Assembly (NCBI GenBank): GCA_039811685.1
Contig: JBDHZC010000001.1
Span: forward strand, 800,001 to 864,000
DNA length: 64,000 bases
Source: Armatimonadota bacterium
Lineage (GTDB): Bacteria > Armatimonadota > UBA5829 > DSUL01
Direction of reading: 5' to 3'
In this document: positions 10,584 to 19,696 of the stretch, in pieces
Numbering within the stretch: position 1 is the stretch's first letter
How the letters are laid out: the number at the start of each line of letters is the position of its first letter
Program-made: the position numbers and the translations under genes
Notes under the pieces: generated by a model
What the model saw: the letters and a program-made list of their open reading frames with translations, nothing else
Database searches by the model: none
What the model was told of the DNA's origin: nothing

Positions 10584-11651
10584 GTGAATAACCCGAGCGC
10601 GAGTGATCTACTGCTCGTGTTGCACGAAGCCGATCTCGAGATGGGGCGGATCACACCTGGCGACAGCTACGCTCTGTTCGACTATCTGCGCGCGACGTGC
10701 AAACGCATAGCTCCTTTGACGGACGCCTTCTACGTAGCCTTGTACGACCCGCAGAACGAGATGCTGAGATTCCCGTACCATTTTGACAGCGAATCGTACG
10801 ACTCTCCTCTGACAGTGCGCCTTGGTCAAGGTCCAACATCGTGGGTTGTGCGCCACAATGAGCCTCTCGTGTTCAATGATGACGATCCGATTCAGCACAA
10901 AGGGTTTCTTTTTGGAAATCTCCAAAGACAGTCTCTGTCGGCGGTGCATCTGCCAATCCGAGCTATGTATTCTGCGGGAGAAGTAAGGCTGATTGGTGTC
11001 TTATCCGCGCAGTCCTACAGACGACAGGCATTCAACGAGGATGCTGTTATGGCTATGTCGTTGCTGGCGCGGCGGACAGGGGCAATTCTGATGAGGTCGC
11101 AACTCGAGATGGATGCCCGCGCCCGCGAGGAGGCGGCAGACAGAGCCACAGAACAACAGCGCGAGGAACACACCCAGCAGATGCGCGCAGTAGTCAGGCT
11201 CTTTGTGGACACTCTTCAGGGCCTCACGATGCAGGCGGAGAAAATCCGAAATCAGGCTGCAGCGTATGGACGCGATATTGAAGCCTCCGCAGCCCGGATG
11301 TGCACCCTCTGTTACCGGAGTCAAACAGAAACTGCGAACTTACCGCTTCCCGCGGCTCCGCCGCCATCAGCCCACAACCGGAGCGTGTCAGACCTCAGCA
11401 ACCCGATATTTGCGAGCCTGTCAGACAAACAGAGGGAAATACTGCCGCGCCTGGCCGCAGGAGAGACGAACGCGATGATCGCCGAGCACCTGTGCGTTTC
11501 TGTTGACACGGTGAAATTCCACTGCAAAGGCCTGTTCAAGAAGCTTGGCGTAGCAAACCGCGTACAGGCGGCGCAGATCTACCACGACCGCCAGAAACGA
11601 TACACTGATTTGCCGCCACACGGGCCAGGCGTGACTGACAAAAAAGAGTGA
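10584..11651 (+). CDS. GAF domain plus LuxR-type HTH one-component regulator
   Basis: GAF (AFYVALYD...GPTSWV...LIGVLSAQSY) and LuxR HTH (LSDKQREIL...VSVDTVKFH...LFKKLGVANRVQA); start uncertain (10557 or 10584). Confidence 0.85.
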   Translation: MNNPSASDLLLVLHEADLEMGRITPGDSYALFDYLRATCKRIAPLTDAFYVALYDPQNEMLRFPYHFDSESYDSPLTVRLGQGPTSWVVRHNEPLVFNDDDPIQHKGFLFGNLQRQSLSAVHLPIRAMYSAGEVRLIGVLSAQSYRRQAFNEDAVMAMSLLARRTGAILMRSQLEMDARAREEAADRATEQQREEHTQQMRAVVRLFVDTLQGLTMQAEKIRNQAAAYGRDIEASAARMCTLCYRSQTETANLPLPAAPPPSAHNRSVSDLSNPIFASLSDKQREILPRLAAGETNAMIAEHLCVSVDTVKFHCKGLFKKLGVANRVQAAQIYHDRQKRYTDLPPHGPGVTDKKE

Positions 11652-11753
11652 ACGCTAACCGGAAACTCCAGCGGCGCACCGCAGTGAGCGCGACCCGCAG
11701 ACGCAGAAAAATCATCTCATCATCGCCCGCGATCTATAACGAAGCATGCAAGA

Positions 11754-12782
11754 TCAGGCGCTCAGGATATCTTCAATGATCACCCGGCATCCGCGCCGAG
11801 AGGATTCGATACAACCAAAAACCATAGCCAGGCTCTTGATGTTGTCGTGACACTCTCCCATCGGCATCTCGCCAGTATTCAGCGCGGCGAGAAAATCCCG
11901 CAAGGAAGCGGCGATTCCTTCGTGCTCAAAGTCCGGACGTTCTGGACAGATACGTATCATATCTGAGTGGAACCCGCCCGCTCTTTCAAGAACGTCCCCG
12001 GCAATTTCATCGCTGCCATCCCACGTAGCGGACCCTTTGGAGCCGACAGCCCGCCACTGCGCATCCCAGGAAGTGTGCAGCCCTTCCGAACACCAGCTTC
12101 CGCGGTAGGTGTAGCGCAGCCCATCCGACATTTCAAACATCGCAACCGCACAGGCATCCCCCGAGTACCAGCTCCACTGAGGGTTGAACTCCTCACAATA
12201 GACGCTGACCGGATCTGCGTCAATGATGAAACGCGCCTGATCGAAGGTGTGGATGGCCATATCCAGAATGAGAGGACTGGGCATCTCGTCCCGGAAACCC
12301 CCGAAATGGGCGCCGATATAAAAGTCTGAATCCAGAATGCCAAGGTTGCCGAGGCTCCCCTGCACGAGATTCCGATACGCCGTAATCCTCGGGGTATAGC
12401 GGCGATTCTGGCTGACCATGTAGAGCTTACCGGTCTCTTCAGACACGCGCACCATCTCGCGCGCCTGTTGCATGGTGCTCGCCATTGGCTTTTCGCCAAG
12501 TACTGGCACGCCTGCTTTCAGCGATTGCAAAGTGACCGCGTGATGGGCCTGTGGGACAGTGACATCCACGACAAAGTCAGGCCGCAGAGCCGTGAGCGCC
12601 TGCTCGAGATCGTGGCCAGTGTGAACACCACTGAGTCCCAGCGCCTCCGCAGCGGATTCGGCCGCGCCGGGGCGAATATCTATCCAGCCGACGATCTCCG
12701 TTAGCTCGCAGGACGCAAGATTTCTGCCCCACTCCTTGCCCATGTTCCCAGCTCCAACCAGTAACGCCCGCCGTGTTGTCAA
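11754..12782 (-). CDS. Gfo/Idh/MocA oxidoreductase
   Basis: VGAGNMG, VLGEKPMA, DMAIHTFD. Confidence 0.9.
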   Translation of the reverse strand: MTTRRALLVGAGNMGKEWGRNLASCELTEIVGWIDIRPGAAESAAEALGLSGVHTGHDLEQALTALRPDFVVDVTVPQAHHAVTLQSLKAGVPVLGEKPMASTMQQAREMVRVSEETGKLYMVSQNRRYTPRITAYRNLVQGSLGNLGILDSDFYIGAHFGGFRDEMPSPLILDMAIHTFDQARFIIDADPVSVYCEEFNPQWSWYSGDACAVAMFEMSDGLRYTYRGSWCSEGLHTSWDAQWRAVGSKGSATWDGSDEIAGDVLERAGGFHSDMIRICPERPDFEHEGIAASLRDFLAALNTGEMPMGECHDNIKSLAMVFGCIESSRRGCRVIIEDILSA

Positions 12783-13174
12783 CTCTGTCCTCCAAAGCCC
12801 GGATGCCGGCCGCTATCTCCGGCCGCAAACCATATCTGTGACTTCAGTATAGATGATTCCCCGGGACATGCGCGCCACACCACCCAGCTGAGAAGGTCAT
12901 TTTGTGGGGTACAGATAATCAGACCACTGACGCCGCTTTCTTCTGGCGACCAACCGCTTTGGAAGTATTCCACAGCCTGGCCAAGCGCCGTCGCACAACG
13001 AGACTGAAACTTGCGACAGCGCGAGACAGAGTCGAGAGCGTGTGTACAGTAGATGAGCGCACCTTTGAAAGGACGATTCCCTGGCCGACTAATGATGACC
13101 ACACGACGAACGCGCACTGAAAACCGCTTTTTCCCGCTGGGCCGCCGGGACACTGAAGCAGGAACAGACATTGG

Positions 13175-15163
13175 GTGTCAGGTCTGGGAGATTTGTCTTT
13201 GGCGGTAAACCCTACTCTCGATAACTCGCCCAAAACGTTTGAGCTTGCCGACGGGCCTGCTGAGGCCCGCCACGGAGTCTCAGCGCGCGCAGTTCTCATC
13301 GGCTTTGTGGCAATTATCCCAGGGGTGTTCTGGGGCGTATATGGAGACGTCGTCTCCCAGACCGATCTGACGTCCACATCGCTGATGATGCCCCCTGTCC
13401 TCATCCTCACTGTCCTGCTGCTGTTGAACTGGCTTCTAAAACGCCTGCGGCCTCGCCTGGCCCTTGCACAACACGAGCTGATCACGATCTACACGATGAT
13501 GACAGTGGCGGTCATCCTGTCCGGGATGGGCATGATTCAGTTCCTGTGCACGACGCTTGGCGCAGTTCCTTACTTCAAGACTCCTGAAAACGAGTGGGCA
13601 CGATACCTGAATGATGTTCCGATGTATATCATGCCCAAGCTCTCGGCTATCGCCGGTTTTTATGAGGGCAATCAACCGGTGCCGTGGTCGGCCTGGTGGA
13701 AACCGCTGATGTTCTGGAGTGGATTCATCTTTGCGATGCTGCTCACGATGACCTCCATAAACTCAATCCTGCGCAAACAGTGGATGGATCGAGAGCGCCT
13801 GACGTTTCCGATCGTGCAACTGCCGCTGGAGATGACAGAAGAGAACTCGCGGTTTTTCAGGAACAGGATGATGTGGGCGGGTTTCATTCTGGCAATGGCG
13901 CTTGAGACACTCAACAGCATAAACTTTCTGTATCCACAGGTTCCCAAAGTCCAGATACGCGCCTATGACCTTCAGCCGTTCTTTACGGTCGCCCCGTGGA
14001 ACGCGATCGGCTACTTTCCCACTACCTTCTACCCTCTGGCTATTGGACTGGGATTTGTGCTCTCCGCTGACGTGAGCTTCTCCTGCTGGTTCTTCTATAT
14101 CGTCACCAAGCTGGAAAATGTCTTCGTCGCGGCCGCTGGCTGGAAGGCTGCCGCGGGAAGTACTCCACCGTTTATCGGACAGCAAGGCACAGGCGCTTTC
14201 ATCGGCATTGCACTTTCTGTGCTGTGGTTGGCGCGAAAGCACTTGTGGGATGTGTTTCGGAAAGTCTTCCTCAATGCCAAAGACGTTGACGACTCTGACG
14301 AGCCGATAAGCTACCGGGGCGCCGTTCTGACGGCTATCGGTGGTTTTGCCGCCATGTGCGGCTTCTGTGTGGCTGTTGGTATGTCCGTGATGGTGGCTGT
14401 AGCCTACCTGGGTGTTTACCTGCTGTTTGCATTGACCATCACACGGCTCCGCGCGGTCGCCGGGCCACCCTGGACTATGGGCCCGGACATGAACGCGATG
14501 GCTACTATTGTTCAGCCGATTGGGCCCGGGCTGTTCACCCAGCGTAACCTTGTGGCGCTGGCGTATTTCAACTGGTTCAGCGTTGAGATGCGATGCTGCC
14601 CGATGCCGACTACGATGGAAGGCATGAAAATGGCGCAGGCGACGCGCATCAGGCAGCACACAATGACTATAGCCATGCTGATCGCCATTGTCGCCGGGAT
14701 CGCGGTCGGATTTGCCGCGTGTCTGTTCGTCTGGTACCACTACGGCGCCGGAACAGCGAAGGTGGAGCCGTGGCGAACTGGCATGGGACGCGCTCCGTTC
14801 AACGCAATCACCGGGTATATCGACAACCCCGAAAGCACTGGAACTGGAGGTGTCGTGGCGATGGTATTTGCGGGCGTCTTTACTCTTGTGCTCGGTTATG
14901 TGCGCACCAGGGCGGTCTGGTTTCCCTTGCATCCGGCGGGCTACGTGCTGGCCAACACAGGCACGATGTACTGGCTCTGGTGCCCTTTTCTTATCGCTTG
15001 GGCCGCCAAGGTACTGATCACAAAATACGGTGGTATCAAGGGCTATCGGACGGCTTTGCCTTTCTTCCTGGGACTGGTGCTGGGGGATTTTGTCACCTCG
15101 AGCCTGTGGGCGCTCACCGGGTCCATACTCGGCATCCGAATGTACCGCTGCTTCCCTGTCTAG
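13175..15163 (+). CDS. DUF6785/DUF6784-type polytopic membrane protein (OPT-like putative transporter)
   Basis: About 16 hydrophobic segments; RKQWMDRERLTFP, WFPLHPAGY and YGGIKGY...PFFLGLVLGDF motifs. Confidence 0.7.
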   Translation: MSGLGDLSLAVNPTLDNSPKTFELADGPAEARHGVSARAVLIGFVAIIPGVFWGVYGDVVSQTDLTSTSLMMPPVLILTVLLLLNWLLKRLRPRLALAQHELITIYTMMTVAVILSGMGMIQFLCTTLGAVPYFKTPENEWARYLNDVPMYIMPKLSAIAGFYEGNQPVPWSAWWKPLMFWSGFIFAMLLTMTSINSILRKQWMDRERLTFPIVQLPLEMTEENSRFFRNRMMWAGFILAMALETLNSINFLYPQVPKVQIRAYDLQPFFTVAPWNAIGYFPTTFYPLAIGLGFVLSADVSFSCWFFYIVTKLENVFVAAAGWKAAAGSTPPFIGQQGTGAFIGIALSVLWLARKHLWDVFRKVFLNAKDVDDSDEPISYRGAVLTAIGGFAAMCGFCVAVGMSVMVAVAYLGVYLLFALTITRLRAVAGPPWTMGPDMNAMATIVQPIGPGLFTQRNLVALAYFNWFSVEMRCCPMPTTMEGMKMAQATRIRQHTMTIAMLIAIVAGIAVGFAACLFVWYHYGAGTAKVEPWRTGMGRAPFNAITGYIDNPESTGTGGVVAMVFAGVFTLVLGYVRTRAVWFPLHPAGYVLANTGTMYWLWCPFLIAWAAKVLITKYGGIKGYRTALPFFLGLVLGDFVTSSLWALTGSILGIRMYRCFPV

Positions 15164-15380
15164 CGCTCCGTTTGCGCAGCGTGTGAAGGGCTGCGCTGCG
15201 CGAGGAGTCTAACAGAGAAGAGCTGCTCAGAGAGATTTCCGCTCCGCCGGCCTGAAGTGTGCTATGCTGGGTGTACTGGCACGAGATTCAAGGATAACTG
15301 GCCGAGATAGTACGGTCCAGGCCTGCTGCAAATCCCTCAGGCGCCTTTCGCCCGGCGGCCAATGCGGGTCAGGAGAGACA

Positions 15381-16526
15381 ATGAGAAAGTTTACTGCCAT
15401 CCGACGTTTCACGTTTGCTGCGTGCGCAGTTGCCACTCTCAGTTTTTTTGCGCGTGGTGAGGCATCTACGTTCGTCTCCATTCGTGACCTCAATCGTATT
15501 CGCGCCAATCCTGCCCAGCCCGTGCCACCTAGCCCTATCAAAGTGGCGGGGCGGGTTGTCGAAGTGCTGGAAAATCCGCCGCGGGTGGCGCTCAGCGATG
15601 GCAGTGGCACTATTACAGTACTGAGCGCTGACGGAAATCTCGGAGAGTTCCTGGTGCTGGAAGGGGACTGGGATGGCTCCTCTCTTACCCCTACGAAGAA
15701 TGAGATGGTGAACGAGGACGTGGTCTTTCCGCCAACGCTATTCATGATGGGCAACAGCGGGAAAGGCAAGGATGCCGACTACGGCTACCAGCATGAGCTT
15801 CCTCAGCATCCGGTATCACTGGCGTCTTTTCGGCTGTCACGCACGGAGGTCACGCGGGCTGACTATCAGCGGTTCATTGACGCTGGCGGCTATGACGACT
15901 TCAAATCCTGGTCTTATGAAGGCTGGCTGTGGAAGACATCACACAACATTACCAAGCCTGCTTACTGGGACAGTGTTCAGATATGGGGGCTCTTTGGAGA
16001 CGCTTTTGAGCAGACAGACAATTTTCCGGTAGTTGGGGTCAGCTACTGGGAAGCCGACGCCTACTGCAGATGGGCCGGCGGACGCCTGCCAACAGAGGCT
16101 GAATGGGAAATGGCGGCCCGCTGGAGCGGACAGCCGCGCAGCTATCCGTGGGGAGACAACTGGGACTACGAGAACTGCAACAACTGGTGCGATACTGCGG
16201 CTCCGGGTGGTGGCGGACCGGGCGCCTATCAGACAGCCCGAGTGGGAGCCTACCTCCTGGATAAGAGCTATTCTGGATGCATGGACATGGCCGGCAATGT
16301 GAGCGAGTGGGTCTCCGACTGGTACAGCGCCACGTACTACTCAATGGGGCCCTCTGGCGGCGCCGCCTGGAACAACCCGCTCGGCCCCGCTGGTGGGACG
16401 GCAAAAGTGGTGCGCGGCGGCAACTGGTCTGACAATCTGTGCGCTGACACGACGCGTTCGGCAGCGAGAAAATCGTTGAGTCCGGACAGCCGCGCCTATA
16501 ACGTCGGTTTTCGGATCGCACACTAA
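15381..16526 (+). CDS. Secreted SUMF1/FGE-sulfatase family protein with N-terminal OB-fold-like domain
   Basis: Signal peptide; TEVT, PVVGVSYWEADAYCRW, RLPTEAEWEMAAR, DMAGNVSEW, RGGNW, GFR; AGGAG before ATG 15381. Confidence 0.88.
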   Translation: MRKFTAIRRFTFAACAVATLSFFARGEASTFVSIRDLNRIRANPAQPVPPSPIKVAGRVVEVLENPPRVALSDGSGTITVLSADGNLGEFLVLEGDWDGSSLTPTKNEMVNEDVVFPPTLFMMGNSGKGKDADYGYQHELPQHPVSLASFRLSRTEVTRADYQRFIDAGGYDDFKSWSYEGWLWKTSHNITKPAYWDSVQIWGLFGDAFEQTDNFPVVGVSYWEADAYCRWAGGRLPTEAEWEMAARWSGQPRSYPWGDNWDYENCNNWCDTAAPGGGGPGAYQTARVGAYLLDKSYSGCMDMAGNVSEWVSDWYSATYYSMGPSGGAAWNNPLGPAGGTAKVVRGGNWSDNLCADTTRSAARKSLSPDSRAYNVGFRIAH

Positions 16527-16557
16527 GCGCGCGATCGCTGCCTGAGTGAACCTTGCC

Positions 16558-17778
16558 TCAGGCCTCGACTATCTGGCGTTGCTGTGGTAGATATCGCATC
16601 CTCTTGCCCCGTCGCAGGGCAGTGTAAGCCAATACGCACGCCACAGTATGCTGATGTCCCGCCTGAATAGGCGCGCTTGGTGTCTGACGGCTGCGCACGC
16701 AGCGCAGGAAGTTGTGCTGATGCGGCTCTCCTTCGAGCGGCGTAACAGTCAGCGCTTCTTTCAAGGCCCGGCCAGCCACCCCACCCTGACCGGTAAAAGT
16801 GAAAGGAGCTTCATCAAACACACCTGACTCGCCGTAGAATCGGCAGACAGGCTTCGCTCCATCTCCGTTGCCAAGAGCTGTGGTATACGAAACCAGAAAC
16901 CCCTTCGGATACTCGAGTAGAGCGGTCACAGTGTCCTCGTGCTCTCTGTCCGTCCACACATACTTCCCGCCTGCAGCCACCGCCGCCGAAGGATAGGGAT
17001 CGTCCATGAACCACGCAGCTACGTCCAGATAGTGCGCCCCCAGCAGAGCGATGGGACCGTTGCAGAAGTCCCGGTACAGGTGCCACTCCACGTACTGGTG
17101 CGCATCAAAAGCGCGCATCTTCTTGCCCATCAGATAGCGACGCCAGTGGACGTCTGGCTCCGATAGCGCGATCTCACCCCGCAGCCACCGGGGGCGATTG
17201 TCGTTCCAAGCGAGCTCGATCCTGCTCACCTTGCCAAGCACGCCGTCCTGAATCATTTTGGCCGCGCCGCGCCAGCGCCCGTCACTGCGGCGCTGCGTGC
17301 CCACCTGTACGACTCTTCTGTTCTTCTGGGCGAGGTCCAGCGCTGCGTTGGCCTCTTGCACCGTGTTGGCCATCGGCTTCTCGACAAAGACATCCTTCCC
17401 AGCCTTGAGCGCATCAATCATAATCGGGCCGTGGGCGAAGTCCGGCGTTGCGACTCCCACGACATCCACATCATCCAGCGCCAGCAACGCTTCATAGTCA
17501 GCAAACTCCCGGCACTCGGCGTCGTACAGCGCATTCACCATCTGCGCAGCTGTCTCTCGCCTCTGATTCCACGTATCGCACACAGCAGTGATTTCGGCAT
17601 TGTGAACCCGGCCAGCATCGTACATATCCTGAAGCATTCCTGATCCGCGCCCGCCGATCCCGATCAACCCAATGGAAAGCCGATCGTTTGCCCCGAACGC
17701 ACGCTGAGGGATGATCGAAAAGGCCTTGGTCAGTGCAACAGTCGCTGCGCTCGATTTGACAAAGTCTCTGCGGTTCAT
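16558..17778 (-). CDS. Tat-exported Gfo/Idh/MocA oxidoreductase
   Basis: Twin-arginine signal NRRDFVK; GLIGIGGRG, ATPDFAH, VEKPM, QVGTQRRS. Confidence 0.9.
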   Translation of the reverse strand: MNRRDFVKSSAATVALTKAFSIIPQRAFGANDRLSIGLIGIGGRGSGMLQDMYDAGRVHNAEITAVCDTWNQRRETAAQMVNALYDAECREFADYEALLALDDVDVVGVATPDFAHGPIMIDALKAGKDVFVEKPMANTVQEANAALDLAQKNRRVVQVGTQRRSDGRWRGAAKMIQDGVLGKVSRIELAWNDNRPRWLRGEIALSEPDVHWRRYLMGKKMRAFDAHQYVEWHLYRDFCNGPIALLGAHYLDVAAWFMDDPYPSAAVAAGGKYVWTDREHEDTVTALLEYPKGFLVSYTTALGNGDGAKPVCRFYGESGVFDEAPFTFTGQGGVAGRALKEALTVTPLEGEPHQHNFLRCVRSRQTPSAPIQAGHQHTVACVLAYTALRRGKRMRYLPQQRQIVEA

Positions 17779-17806
17779 GTGCGTTGTCCACCCTCCGGGT
17801 CCCGCT

Positions 17807-18769
17807 TCAATGATTGTACTGCTCCAACAGTGTTCGTGTTAGGCGGCTGTCCGGCCTGCCAGTATGAACGTACAGACGATATCTCAATGTCAACGGCTCG
17901 TCAGGAAGAATAGTGTAGCCAGCAGTTTTGTTGGTGAAACTGGGACTTAGATATCCGTAATAACGCAGACACCAGCCGTCTGGGAAATACGGATTTCTGC
18001 GACTCTGCAGGATGGATACGCCGTCAAGTGTGTCTTTACCGGCAAACCGTCCGCTCAGATCTGCCCATGTGTGTGAGATTTTGTTTTCGTCTTTCACAAC
18101 AGCGCCATCAGCGCTGAAAAGAGCGGTGTCTGTGCGATCGGCAAAACGAACTCCCAAACCGCTGTATCCTGTCTGGGATGTGGCGATAGTGACGGGGCCG
18201 TCAACCGCCGAAAGCGTGAGCTCAAAGTCTATGGCCCGGCGCGCCTGCATGGCTCTGTAAACAGTGAACTTCACATCTTCGTCGACAATCTTTTTTCCGC
18301 TCGCATCGTCAAACCAGCCATTGTGCACGCTTAGCGTGGCGACTCTGTCGGTAACCTGGGCGCTGTAGCGCCCAGAGAATTTCTGGTGCATCCCCTTCAG
18401 AGTCCAGAGATCTTTGGTGACTGGCGGTGAACTGGGCGATTCTGCGAAGCTGACCTGTTGCCACATCCAGCTCAGTCCGCGGTGATGAGGGTGGTCCACT
18501 GGAAAGTCGGCGGTCAACTCTGTCACACCGTCCAAGGCGTAAAGCGGGTGAACATAACTGCTGCGGCGTCTGTCTTCCGGCATCCCGGGCGCCAGAATCT
18601 CTCCCAGGACATAGCGAAAAACAGGCGTACGGCCTTCCGATACCAGGAGATAGTCTTTCCCTGTGCGTTCAATCGAAAACGCCCCAGCCGCGCGGGCAGG
18701 CACACTTGCCAGAGCGCCAAGCGCTATGACAGCGAGCGCAACACCCGTGCTGTGCCAAATAGACCGCAT
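17807..18769 (-). CDS. Secreted PmoA-like (DUF6807) protein
   Basis: Signal peptide ending ARA; RSSYVHPLY, DHPHHRGL and YSGLGVRF motifs; start uncertain. Confidence 0.7.
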   Translation of the reverse strand: MRSIWHSTGVALAVIALGALASVPARAAGAFSIERTGKDYLLVSEGRTPVFRYVLGEILAPGMPEDRRRSSYVHPLYALDGVTELTADFPVDHPHHRGLSWMWQQVSFAESPSSPPVTKDLWTLKGMHQKFSGRYSAQVTDRVATLSVHNGWFDDASGKKIVDEDVKFTVYRAMQARRAIDFELTLSAVDGPVTIATSQTGYSGLGVRFADRTDTALFSADGAVVKDENKISHTWADLSGRFAGKDTLDGVSILQSRRNPYFPDGWCLRYYGYLSPSFTNKTAGYTILPDEPLTLRYRLYVHTGRPDSRLTRTLLEQYNH

Positions 18770-18862
18770 AACCGAAGAAAACCAGACCGCAGAACACACC
18801 ATACTCAGAGGAGTGTTCAACGCCCAGCCCGGTGAACTCCTGCGCCCAACTCAACGAATGTG

Positions 18863-19696
18863 TCAGTGCCGGTCAATACGCGCAGCGATTACCGTGACAT
18901 TGTCCGAGTCGGCTTGCGCTTCCGCGATGTCCAGCAGGGAACGGCACGCCATGTCCATCCGCTTGCGGTTCTTGTGAAGTTGCGCTTCTATCTGGCGATC
19001 TGTCGCGGCGTCGGTCAGCCCGTCTGTACACAATAGGACGATGTCTTCGACGCCTATCTCATGATCGGTGATTACCGGGTCTGGATCGGAATTCCAGCCG
19101 ATAGCGCGGTTGACCAGCGTCACCTGACGTCCGGCAACGGAAGGAGGATCACCAAGCCCAGGCTCGGCGGGGGCTCGCGTCCAGTCATCTTCCGTCAGAG
19201 GGACCAGACGCCGCCCGCGGTGCAGATAAAGACGGCTGTCCCCCAAACTGGCGACAAACAGCCTGCGCTGCGCAACTAGCGCGATCACCAGGGTTGTACC
19301 CATCTGCGCAAGCTCGGGATTCTCCAGGGACTCTGCGTAAACAGATCTGTCCGCCGCGCAAAACGCCTCCAGTAGCAGCTTGCACACCGCCGAAGGAGTG
19401 TAAAAGCGATCCGTTGCCAGAATTGTATCCCGCGCTGCGCGAACCGCGAGAGAGCTGGCAATATGGCCGCTTCCGCGCCCTCCTATGCCGTCTGCCACAA
19501 TCATCAGCGCTCCCAGCCACGACGGAACAGGTGGGTTGAGCTGACAGAGGTAGGAGTCCTCATTGACAGGGCGGCCACCCGTGGAGCTGATACCATACGC
19601 ATCCACCGTCAACTGACCGGCGACCTGACGCACCGGTGGCAATGGAAGCTCGGCTTCCGGCTCCTTTCTGCCAGAATTGAATGAAAATCCTATCAA
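18863..19696 (-). CDS. PP2C/PPM-family Ser/Thr protein phosphatase
   Basis: NEDS, ADGIGG, MGTT, GDSR, LCTDGL, DNVT. Confidence 0.93.
   Translation of the reverse strand: MIGFSFNSGRKEPEAELPLPPVRQVAGQLTVDAYGISSTGGRPVNEDSYLCQLNPPVPSWLGALMIVADGIGGRGSGHIASSLAVRAARDTILATDRFYTPSAVCKLLLEAFCAADRSVYAESLENPELAQMGTTLVIALVAQRRLFVASLGDSRLYLHRGRRLVPLTEDDWTRAPAEPGLGDPPSVAGRQVTLVNRAIGWNSDPDPVITDHEIGVEDIVLLCTDGLTDAATDRQIEAQLHKNRKRMDMACRSLLDIAEAQADSDNVTVIAARIDRH

Noticed and set aside
12783..13174. Small ORFs or a riboswitch in the intergenic region
   Set aside because: No ribosome-binding site or recognisable motif for the 72-aa and 130-aa ORFs, and no known aptamer pattern; probably divergent promoters.
13763..14932. 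389-aa minus-strand ORF
   Set aside because: Antisense to the DUF6785-type gene; His/Arg-rich composition typical of reverse-frame translation.
15277..15292. Sigma54 promoter (TGGCAC) upstream of the FGE-family gene
   Set aside because: The -12 TTGC element is absent.
17807..18769. Particulate methane monooxygenase subunit A
   Set aside because: The PmoA label of this family is misleading. The protein is soluble and secreted, and no pmoB or pmoC is present.
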